This document shows, piece by piece, positions 14,063-24,665 of a DNA stretch of 64,000 nt. Origin of the DNA: Eledone cirrhosa (lineage: Eukaryota); contig OZ024744.1 of NCBI GenBank assembly GCA_964016885.1, positions 77,562,001-77,626,000 on the forward strand, in the 5' to 3' direction. Position numbers and translations under genes: made by a program. Below the pieces are notes generated by a model that had not been told where the DNA came from, did not search any database, and saw nothing but the letters and a program-made list of their open reading frames with translations. Within the stretch, counting starts at the first letter, position 1. The number at the start of each line of letters is the position of its first letter.

Positions 14063-17018
14063 CAATAATAATAACGACAACAACAATAATAATATACATA
14101 TATATATACACACACACGCACACACACGATAGCAACTAACAGCGCTGCGATCGAATGTGGCTTTTTAGCCCAGCCAATGATCTAAAATGTCTTGCACAGA
14201 GTCGGCAACCAAAACATTCACTGGGAATAGTCGGCTGTGGCTGGAGTTCGAGTACTTTTGCATGTCGCTTGAGCCCTCCACCACATGTTTGGCAAGCATG
14301 ATGAGTAGCATCTCCAACAGCAGCCTGGTAGTCAACCACTGGTTTTACTTTATGACTGCGAAGATGACTTTCGAGTCCAGCTTTGCTTAGGCAGAGTCTC
14401 GCACATACGCTGCATGTCAGCACCATAGGAGGACCCTCGCCGTCTGGAAGTGCAACAGCAATGCCCTTCCTCACATCCCGCTTTACTTTCTCGTATGCGA
14501 TTCGAGATGCCTCAAAGGCAACTTTTCCCTCATATACAGTCTTTCTCCATTTATTACGATCAGCAGCAATATTCTCCCATGTATCAGCAGAGATGTTAGC
14601 GTCTTTCAGAGAGGCTTTCAAGGAATCCTTATACCTCTTTTTTGATTTATGTGGCGGTCGTTTTCCTTTAACCAACTCTTCATAAAAGAGTTGTTTTGGT
14701 ATTCTAGAATCCTTCATCCTGGCAAGGTGACCACTCCAACGGAGTCGTTGCTTAAGCACAAGAGCTTCTATACTGTCACACATAGAGCTTTCCAAAATCT
14801 CGACATCACTGATGTGGCCCCTCCAGTGAACGCCATGGATCCGTCTGAGACACATCTGATGGAAACGCTCCAATTGCTTAAGGTGGTGTCGATATGTGAC
14901 CCAGGTCTCGCAGGCATAAAGAAGAAAAGAGAGCACACATGCCCTGTACACCTTTACCTTTGTCCTCCTGCATATGTCTCGCCGACCCCAGAGTCGCCTT
15001 TCTAGCTTTCCGAAAGCATCACTTGCTTTCCTAATCCTAAGTGAGATTTCACTGTCAAGGTTGCTGTATCGATTGACAGTGCTTCCCAGGTAGACAAACT
15101 GATCAACCACTCCAAGTCGTTTGCCATACACATAGATGTTTGGTTCAGTGTACTGCTTACCAGGGGCAGGTTGGTACATGACGACGGTTTTCTTGAGACT
15201 GACAGTCAGACCTAGGGCAGTGCAAGCGTCAGAAAATGCATTCAAAATGTGCTGCATATCACTCTCTGTGTGCGCTACAAGATCGCAATCATCTGCATAC
15301 AAGAGGTCTCTTATGATTGATGTAAATACTTTTGTCCTCGCAGCAAAGCGCCTGATGTTAAATATGCTGCCTGAGGTTCGATATCGGATGTAAACACCAT
15401 GCTCGCAATTCCTGAATGCAATACAGAAAACCATTGCAAAGTATATGGCAAACAGGGTCGGTGCTGGAATATCCCCCTGTTTCACTCCATTTTTTACTGA
15501 GATAGGCTCCGACATGTTACCCCCGACATTAACCCAAGCCTTCATGTCGTCATGGAAAGACCTAACTAAAGCAAGGAACTTATCAGGGCAACCAAGTTTC
15601 TGGAGAACCTTCCATAATGCATCTCTGTTAACAGTTTCGAAAGCTTTTGTCAGATCGACAAAAACCTGATACAGATCCAAGCCTTGTTCCATGCACTTCT
15701 CCTGGAGCTGTCTAGCTGAGAAGATCATATCAGTAGTGCCGCGTCCAGCACGAAAACCAGATTGACTTTCAGGAAGAACACAATCTGCAATGTGTGTCAG
15801 CAGACGGTCCAGAAGCACCCTACATAAAACTTTCCCTACGACAGAAAGCAATGATATACCTCTGTAGTTCCCACAATCGTTCCTGTTACCCTTTCCCTTG
15901 TACAAGACCACCATTACTGCATCTCTCCAGTCCTCAGGTACGGATTAATTAGCCCATATCCTGCCAAACAAAGAGTGAAGATGTTGCAGGAGTCTCTCAC
16001 CACCATATTGTAGGAGCTCAGCATGTATGCCATCCATACCTGGAGATCTTCCACTGTTCAGCTTCGAAATAGCCACTGCAACCTCCACAAGCGTCGGAGG
16101 TTCTGCGAGAGCTACTTTCACAGGACTTTCTGGAATGAGATTGAGGAAATCTTCACCGACGACAGACGGCTGATTCAAAAGATCATCAAAGTGCTCTCGC
16201 CACCTTCGTAGAATTCCTTGTGAGTCACGAAGAAGTTCTTTGCCATCCTTGCTGCGAAGCGGTGTCACCAGAGAAGAAGACGGTCCATAAACCTCACGCA
16301 AGAGACTGTACAACAGCTTTGTGTTATTGGAATCAGACGCAGTTTGTATCTCACCAGCCTTCTCACTCCACCACTGATCCTTCATCTGAGAAAGACTCCG
16401 CCTAACACGTGATTTTACATCCCTGCAACGTATTCCTCTCCTGTGGTTTTGCCGTCAAGTAGCGTGACAGAGCACGCCTCTTATCAGCCAACAAGTCTTC
16501 TATATGTACATCATTCTCATCAAACCAGTCCTGATGTTTCCTCTGCGCCAATCCCAGAACACGCCTGCCTACATCATAAACCGACATTTTAAGGGTCGGC
16601 CAATCCTCACCAAGATCTGCAGCCTGCAGCTCTTCTTCCAATGTCCTCTTCACATTTTTATCCCTAAGACGAGCAGCATTCAATCTTTTGGGCAGGGCAA
16701 CACCACGAGCCCGGATTTTACGTTTAGTGATTAGTTTCACTTTTGCGCGTACCAGGCGGTGGTCCGTCCAGCACTCAGTTCCACGAAGAACACGAACACA
16801 CTGCACATCCTGTCTGTCACGCATCCTGACTAGAACGTAGTCCAAAAGATGCCATTCCTTAGATGCAGGATGCATCCATGTGGTCTTGAATTTGTTCTTT
16901 TGTTGGAACATGGTGTTGGTAACACACAGATCCAGCTCCTCACACATCTGCAGCAGGAGCATACCATTGCTGTTACACTTTCCCACCCCATGCCTTCCGA
17001 TTACATTCCATGTGTTAA
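13826..17018 (-). mobile_element. RTE-clade LINE, 5'-truncated; APE C-terminus + RT + C-terminal C2H2 fingers; microsatellite-rich 3' UTR
   Basis: WMHPASKEWHLLDYVL..TDH, GRSPGMDGI, NYRGISLL, ESQSGFR, DLTKAFETV, GVKQGD, LYADD, FVYLGS, RLRWSGH. Frameshift near 16400 and in-frame TAA at 15945-15947. 3' stem-loop CTCG-ATAA-CGAG then (TATG)n. Confidence 0.93.
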
Positions 17019-17098
17019 ATACATACATACATACATACATGCATACATACATACATACATACATACATACATACATACATACATACATACATACATAC

Positions 17099-19188
17099 CA
17101 AATTATATACTGGGTGCCTTAACCTGTTCTTACAGGATCACTGTGCTACCAACAACATCACAACACCTGAGCAAGCTGGTGGAAAGAGGGAGGTGTGGGG
17201 TTGCATAGATCACCTACTAACTAATAAAATGATTCAGGAAAAAACAACAAAGAATCGCAGAAACATGACTGTGGTGTGGTGGACTATCAAAAAGCATTTG
17301 ATAGTGTACCTCATGGGTGGATTATTAAGGCTTTACATTTAGCCAAAGTCCCACAACCATTGGTAGCTGCTGTTGAACGCCTGACCAAGATCTGGTACAC
17401 CAATTTGATCCTTAGAGATGAGAAGGAGCAAGTTAAGACTGATAAGATACATTACCAGAAGGGCATCTTTCAGGGTGATAGCTTGTCAGTGCTACTCTTC
17501 GTTCTCTCACTGAATCCACTATCTTACCTACTCAGGAAACAAGGTGGACAAAGAAGTGGGCCCAGAAGTATTTCCTATCTTTTCTTTGTTGATGACCTGA
17601 AGCTGTATGGGCCAAATATCAATGACATCAAGAAACAATTGGACCTCATTACACAATTTTCAACAGACATCAAAATGAAATTTGGTGAGTCCAAGTGTGC
17701 ATATTTGGCAGTAAAACGTGGAAGAGCTATGCCCTTCTCTAGAAATCTAGAGATGAACGGCCTGACAATACAACCTCTACAGTCAGGTGACAACTACAGA
17801 TATCTTGGACAGGATGAAAATGTCAGATATGATGGACCCATAAATAAGGAGAGAACCAGAACTGAATACCTCAGAAGAGTAAAGAAAATATGGTCATCAG
17901 AACTGTCAGCGTACAACAAATACATTGCCCACAATACTTCCAATTCTAACGCCAACATTTGGCCTGCTGAACTGGTCATTGCAAGAACTAAGTGAGATGG
18001 ATGTTAGAACTCGCAAACTTCTCAGTGTTACTGGGAACTTTAACATCAATGGTGATGTGGATAGGCTATACTTCTCACGCAAGGAAGGTGGCCGGGGTCT
18101 AAAATCCATATTAAAACATATGAGACCCGGATAGTAACACTGAAGCAACACCTTCAACAGAGGAAAAAGGTTGGCAACCATCTTGTCCAGGTTTATGAGA
18201 ATGAAAAAAAAAATATCATTAGAATAGCGACTGATCTGGAGGAGAGATATGGAATAAAGCCTGATATAAATCTCTCACCCAGAGAAATCGGAAGATCCTA
18301 TTCAATGTTCAAACAAGATGAAACAATTGACCAATTTACAGAAAAAGTTGTGCATGGATACTTGAGACGTAAAACACAGACCATAGAGGGGATAAACCAC
18401 TCAAAAAGCCAGGCATGGAGTTCCGACAAGTTTATGACATCACACCTTGAGGGATATCTCTATGCAATACAGGAACAAGAACTCCCTACCAAATATCTGC
18501 TGCACAAAAGGGGAGGGCCAGCAGCCAACAATAAATGTAGGCTATGTAAAACAAAAATCGAGGATGTAAGCCACATTGTTGCCATCTGCGAAAGAATGTC
18601 ATCTCGCTACTACCTCCCCATGAGACACGATGGGATAGCTAGAACCATCTGGAACGTACTTCGGAAAACAAAATTAACAACAAAAGAGGAAGAATATATT
18701 GAGACAGATGGCACTAAGGAATACTGGTGGAACCTGAAAATAAAAACTGCCACCAAATTAAAGCACAACCGGCCTGATATTGTAGTTTGGGACCACACAT
18801 TGAAAACGTGTTCTGTTGTGGAGATCAGCTGCCCACTTGAAGTAAACGTTGTCAGAAAAATACAGGAGAAGGAGGACATCTACGGACCATTGATGAGGAG
18901 TTTACAAATCCAGTATCCAAGATACACCTTTAGCTTCATACCCATCATTATTGGAGCTACGGGTTATATACCAACCCGCTTGGACCAAAGTATGACTGAA
19001 CTTGGATTTGCGGACAAAAAGCGCAGCTCCCTAATTCATAGTCTACAAATGGCTGCGATAGCTGGCACCTTCAAAATTTGCAAAACATTCTTGCGATTCA
19101 AGGGATGAAAATTTCTTTTCTTTTACAACCTTGCCACCAGGAAGGTGGCCGGTCAAAAAAAATATACTCGAAATTAAGAGAAAGAGAC
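17099..19188 (+). mobile_element. R4/Dong-like non-LTR element (RT + restriction-like endonuclease), family A, 5'-truncated, frameshifted
   Basis: DYQKAFDSVPH, GIFQGDSLS, FVDDLKLY, YRYLG, RLY..RKEGGRGL, CRLC..EDVSHIVAIC, RHD, NRPDIVVWD, VEISCP; flanked by (CATA)n at both ends. Confidence 0.9.
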
Positions 19189-19346
19189 ATACATACATAC
19201 ATACATACATACATACATACACACATACATATATATACACACATAGATATCCAAACCAAACATTTACAAAATAGTATATGAAACACGTAATTAAATATAT
19301 CGATGTTTTACAAAACAAAAGAATAGAAATAAAAAAAAACACAAAG

Positions 19347-19473
19347 AAAATTATTGAAGAGGAAATATTTTTAATAATTGGACAAAATAGACAAAATAGA
19401 AATTAGGCAAGTACTGTTAATTGTGTTGCCTAATAAAGAAACGTGAAACATCTGTGGTAAAGGTACATACTTA

Positions 19474-19506
<33 letters not shown>

Positions 19507-19603
19507 TGTATGTATGTATGTATGTATGTATGTATGTATGTATGTATGTATGTATGTATGTATGTATGAATGTATGCATGTATGTATGTATGTATGTAGG
19601 TAG

Positions 19604-19634
<31 letters not shown>

Positions 19635-19972
19635 TGTATGTATGTATGTATGTATGTAGGTAGATATGTATGTGTGTATGTATGTATGTATGTATGTATG
19701 TATGTATGTATGTATGTATGTATGTATGTATCTATGTATGTATGTCAGTATGTCAGGTCACCAGTTGGTGCTACTGGTAACATGTATCCCAGTACAACCT
19801 GTCTCATGGTCGGGTCGTTGGCGACTAAACTGGCGACTAAAATTATTGAAGAGGAAATATTTTTAATAATTAGACAAAATAGACAAAATAGAAATTAGGC
19901 AAGTACTGTTAATTGTGTTGCCTAATAAAGAAACGTGAAACATCTGTGGTAAAGGTACATACTTAATATATG
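19347..19972 (+). repeat. About 135-bp direct repeat pair bracketing (TATG)n and a partial RTE-derived element head (19752-19838)
   Basis: AAATTATTGAAGAGG...CTTAATATATGTA at about 19347-19480 and 19839-19972. Confidence 0.85.
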
Positions 19973-19995
19973 TATTATGTATGTATGTATGCATG

Positions 19996-21202
19996 TTTTC
20001 TCTTTCTCTTAATTTCGAGTATTTTTTTTGACCGGCCACCTTCCTGGTGGCAAGGTTGTAAAAGAAAAGAAATTGTCATCCCTTGAATCGCAAGAATGTT
20101 TTGCAAATTTTGAAGGTGCCAGCTATCGCAGCCATTTGTAGACTATGAATTAGGGAGCTGCGCTTTTTGTCCGCAAATCCAAGTTCAGTCATACTTTGAT
20201 CCAAGCGGGTTGGTATATAACCCATAGCACCAATAATGATGGGTATGAAGCTAAAGGTGTATCTTGGATACTGGATTTGTAAACTCCTCATCAATGGTCC
20301 GTAGATGTCCTCCTTCTCCTGTATTTTTCTGACAACGTTTACTTCAAGTGGGCAGCTGATCTCCACAACAGAACACGTTTTCAATGTGTGGTCCCAAACT
20401 ACAATATCAGGCCGGTTGTGCTTTAATTTGGTGGCAGTTTTTATTTTCAGGTTCCACCAGTATTCCTTAGTGCCATCTGTCTCAATATATTCTTCCTCGT
20501 TTGTTGTTAATTTTGTTTTCCGAAGTGCGTTCCAGATGGTTCTAGCTATCCCATCGTGTCTCATGGGGAGGTAGTAGCGAGATGACATTCTTTCGCAGCT
20601 GGCAACAATGTGGCTTACATCCTCGATTTTTGTTTTACATAGCCTACATTTATTGTCAGCGGCTGGCCCTCCTCTTTTGTGCAGCAGATATTTGGTAGGG
20701 AGTTCTTGTTCCTGTATTGCATAGAGATATCCCTCATGGTGTGATGTCATAAACTTGTCGGAACTCCATGCCAGGCTTTTTGAGTGGTTTATCCCCTCTA
20801 TGGTCTGTGTTTTACGCCTCAAGTATCCATGCACAACTTTTTCTGTAAATTGGTCAATTTTTTTATCTTGTTTGAACATTGAATAGGATCTTCCGATTTC
20901 TCTGGGTGAGAGATTTATATCAGGCTTTATTCCATATCTCTCCTCCAGATCAGTCGCTATTCTAATGATATTTCTTTTTTCATGGTCATAAACCTGGGCA
21001 AGATGGTTGCCAACCTTTTTCCTCTGTTGAAGGTGTTGCTGCAGTGTTACTGTGTTACTATCCGGGTCTCATATGTTGTTAATATTGATTTTAGACCCCG
21101 GCCACCTTCCTTGCGTGAGAAGTATAGCCTATCCACATCACCATTGATGTTAAAGTTCCCAGTAACACTGAGAAGTTTTCGAGTTCTAACATCCATCTCA
21201 CT
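19996..21202 (-). mobile_element. R4/Dong-like family A, second copy, inverted
   Basis: 267-aa ORF 20076-20879 nearly identical to 18305-19108; 5' junction in (CATA)n. Confidence 0.92.
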
Positions 21203-21275
21203 GTATGTATGTATGTATGTATGTATGTATGTATGTATGTATGTATGTATGTATGTATGTATGTATGTATGCATG

Positions 21276-21831
21276 TTGGTGCTACTGGTAACATGTATCC
21301 CAGTACAACCTGTCTCATGGTCGGGTCGTTGGCGACTAAACTGGCAACCCCACCAAGCTTTCTTAGTGAGGAGGGTGACTTTGGACATCCTGCAGGACTA
21401 AAAACAAAACCTGTCAAATGGCAGAGGAGCTCTTAAGAGTCAATGGCCATCCAAAATCACCGGGAGAGATGACCCCTTAGCCTTTGTCAAGGCAGAATTC
21501 TAGAAGGAAAACTCGGATATAACACCTGCAACCCTGATGGTATCCAATGATGTTGACTTGTTCTTCTTTTTGGTAAATATCATCTTAGTTAAGAGAGTGG
21601 GACTGGCTTTGTGCAGTGCCTTTGCTCACTATAAAAGCTTCACGGCACAGGCATTGTTTTGTATCTGGAGATCTCTCTGCACTTGTCGTCACATGGTACC
21701 ATTTACACTGTGTCAATAATTGTCACAAGTGCAGTGTTTGTGCCAGAGTTTTCAAGTCGCTGGCTGGACTAAAAAGTCACGCTCGTTCAGCGCATCGGTA
21801 GGGGTTCTCCTACATGGATATAAAGTAGTGG
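21276..21831 (+). mobile_element. Non-autonomous RTE-derived element, 3' end fused to an RTE LINE fragment
   Basis: Homologous to 13104-13714; switches to LINE sequence at GGC (21829-21831). Confidence 0.85.
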
Positions 21832-22318
21832 CGAGGGTCCTCCTATGGTTCTGACATGCAGCGTCTGTGCGAGACTCTGCCTAAGCAAAGCTGGACTCGA
21901 AAGTCATCTTCGCGGTCATAAAGTAAGACCAGTGGTTGACTACCAGGCTGCTGTTGGAGATGCTACTCATCATGCTTGCCAAACATGTGGTAGAGAATGT
22001 AAATCAGCAGGAGGGCTCAAGCGACATGCAAAAGTACACGAACTCCAACCACAGCCGACTGTTCCCAGTAAATGTTTTGGTTGCCGACTCTGTGCAAGAC
22101 ATTTTAGATCATTGGCTGGGCTAAAAAGCCACATTCGATCGCAGCACTGTTAGTTGCTATCGTGTGTGTGTGTGTGTGTGTGCGTGTGTGTGTGTGCGTG
22201 TGTGTGTGTGTAGATATGCTTATGTGCGTGCGTGTGTGTGTATATATATATGAATATGTATATTATTATTGTTGTTGTCGTTATTATTAATATTGCTATT
22301 ATTATTATTATTATTATT
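21829..22318 (+). mobile_element. RTE LINE 3' fragment (three C2H2 fingers + start of 3' UTR); continues at 34431-34695
   Basis: ORF 21845-22153 matches the C-terminus of 14136-15914; downstream UTR matches reverse complement of 14030-14135. Confidence 0.9.
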
Positions 22319-22533
22319 GAATGCCATGGTTGACGGAGGCTCGGCTCTGTAAGGTATAGTAATTTTTAACCGTTAAAACAATTGTAAATTGTTTAAAACT
22401 TGAACCAAATTGTTGATAAAGACACCCTCCTCCTCGTGAGAGGGGTCTTTCTGTCCGTTATTTGGCCCTTCGGGGTTAAATAATCAGTTATTGGGGTTTT
22501 GTACCCAAAATTTCATTTTAAACAAAAAACAAC

Positions 22534-24630
22534 ATGGCTACGAAAAAGAAATTTCATACGTCACTCCCACTCATTCCGTCTTCTTCTTCCTCAATCATCA
22601 CTACAGCAGAGAGAAGATTGTCTCTCTCCCTCCCTTCTTTAAATGTGTCTCTCTCCCTCCCTTCTCTTTCGCAAATGACGAAAGAAAAGAAAAGTCTCGT
22701 GCAAAGCGTGCAAGGTTTCTCCACGACGACGACGACAGCGACGAAACAGGTGTGCGGGAAATACGAAAACCCAGTTCATTCGTCTGACGTCAGGAATAAT
22801 AGCAGTAGCAGCCGTAATAACAACAGCAACAGTGACAATGAAAACAACAGTAGCAGCCGCAACAGCATCACCAGCAGCATAAACAACAACAGCATTAGCA
22901 GCAGCAACACCAACAACAACCACAGCAACAGCGGCGGAGGCAGTAGTCGTAGTAGCTGCAGCAACAACAAAAGTACCAGCAGCTCTGACGACAACAACAA
23001 CAGCAGAGAAAAACCAATCTCATTTGCAGGTATTGCGAAAAACTTGGAAACAATCCTCATAACAAATGAGGAATTAGAGGAAGCGAAGAAGATGGTGACA
23101 AAGAACGGACACCGAGCAATCTGCAAGGCAGCGAAAAATTTTTTCGAAACCCAAGAGCACTGTACGGTCACGTACCGTACAGTAAGTACAAAATCCCGTA
23201 GGGTGGAAAGAGCCACAGAGGCCCAAATACAAAAAGCCTTGGGGTCTGTATGGCAGCGGAAAACGCACATCACCCGAGGCAAAAAATATGCCACCGTAGA
23301 CGTACTTTTTGCCACACCCCAGGAGGCAAAGGCCCAATCAGTAGTAACCCTAAGGAGCGAGGAAATGGTGTTGGTGCCCTCCTACTGTGGGCAAAAAATT
23401 GTGAGGGTCAAACTGACCCACGTCCCCCCCGGAATGACCCCTTCTTGGCTGGCCGCGTCTGTCCTCGTCGGAATCGAGGACAAAACAACTGTACTGCAAG
23501 TACAGAAAAAAGTAAGAGAAGATTGGGTCGGCTCCTCCATTGAGATGCTAATCCAAACCAACCAGGAGTGCATCGAAGCTATCCCGGATGTGATAGACTT
23601 CGATAACGGCACTCAACTGCCCATAAGTGTTGAGGGCAAACGCCCGAAATGCTTTCGCTGTGGATCGAAGACTCACCTCAGGGCCTTCTGCAACGAGAAG
23701 ACCCTGAGAAAGGAGAAAACCCCCCTCCTTCCGAATCCGGCTCCACGGCTACCAGCAACAGGACAAGCGGCAACCAGGAACGATAGGCCCGTGGCACCCA
23801 TACCCACTCCACGGAAATCAAAAACAGCAGCAGCAGTGGAAATACTAACAACAACAACAGCAATACCAAATGCAGCTGCAACAGAGACTCCAGTGCAAAC
23901 ATCACCAACAACAACAAGTGAAAGAGTGGAGTTGGTACCCCTCCCCGACCTCACAGAATCAGACATGGAGTGTGAGGTGGGAGAGAGATGGCAAAAGGTC
24001 GTAAGAAGGCACAAACGCAGAAGCAGCGCATCGTCGCCTTTGAAAAGGGAGGAAAGAAATGAGAAAAGGGTAAAGTCTACTGCAAAGAGACCCACAGCAG
24101 CAACAACACCAACACCATCGCCACCCACACTAGCGCCACCATCACCACCGGCGACAACCCCACCGCCAACAACACCTTCAACACCACCACCACAAGCACC
24201 AACATCGCAAACACAACAACAAAACACACACACCCAGCAACAACGACAAGAAAATAGCAGAACCACACCCCACCCCCAGAAAAACAAATGCACGGCAATA
24301 AATACACACAACAAGAAACTAATGACTTACATAATTGAACACACAGACATTTCACAACAGGACTACATAATACCAGCACCAATCAAAACGCCAACTAACA
24401 TAAAACTGCTAAAAATAGCACAGAAACAATACACAAATATTAAAACGAAATTCCCCAACGCAGTTGGTGATTTCAGGGACCTAGGAGGAACCATCAATCG
24501 AAGAGTATACTCAGACATTCTCTTAGAAGAGCCGACGACCAGCCGAAGGGACGATTCAACGGTCCCTTCACCAGACGATCAAGTGAAAAGGGATGTAAAA
24601 ACCATCCCTCCTCTACCAAAAGTACGGTAA
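22534..24630 (+). CDS. Tx1 ORF1, gag-like nucleic-acid-binding protein with CCHC knuckle
   Basis: 698 aa; CFRCGSKTHLRAFC (CX2CX4HX4C); S/N-rich and P/T-rich regions; true start codon uncertain. Confidence 0.88.
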   Translation: MATKKKFHTSLPLIPSSSSSIITTAERRLSLSLPSLNVSLSLPSLSQMTKEKKSLVQSVQGFSTTTTTATKQVCGKYENPVHSSDVRNNSSSSRNNNSNSDNENNSSSRNSITSSINNNSISSSNTNNNHSNSGGGSSRSSCSNNKSTSSSDDNNNSREKPISFAGIAKNLETILITNEELEEAKKMVTKNGHRAICKAAKNFFETQEHCTVTYRTVSTKSRRVERATEAQIQKALGSVWQRKTHITRGKKYATVDVLFATPQEAKAQSVVTLRSEEMVLVPSYCGQKIVRVKLTHVPPGMTPSWLAASVLVGIEDKTTVLQVQKKVREDWVGSSIEMLIQTNQECIEAIPDVIDFDNGTQLPISVEGKRPKCFRCGSKTHLRAFCNEKTLRKEKTPLLPNPAPRLPATGQAATRNDRPVAPIPTPRKSKTAAAVEILTTTTAIPNAAATETPVQTSPTTTSERVELVPLPDLTESDMECEVGERWQKVVRRHKRRSSASSPLKREERNEKRVKSTAKRPTAATTPTPSPPTLAPPSPPATTPPPTTPSTPPPQAPTSQTQQQNTHTQQQRQENSRTTPHPQKNKCTAINTHNKKLMTYIIEHTDISQQDYIIPAPIKTPTNIKLLKIAQKQYTNIKTKFPNAVGDFRDLGGTINRRVYSDILLEEPTTSRRDDSTVPSPDDQVKRDVKTIPPLPKVR

Positions 24631-24665
24631 GTGGTCTTTCCCATCTTTTCCACTCTATTTTAAAC

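Noticed and set aside
22335-22372. Spliced-leader or U2-like look of CTCGGCTCTGTAAG|GTATAGTAATTTTTAAC
   Set aside because: Only short motif similarity (AG|GT, AATTTTT); no convincing alignment to U2 and no independent SL evidence.
22420-22490. HDV-like ribozyme suggested by CCTCCTCGT
   Set aside because: P3 does not close in register, and the P1.1 GG and J4/2 C motif cannot be placed.
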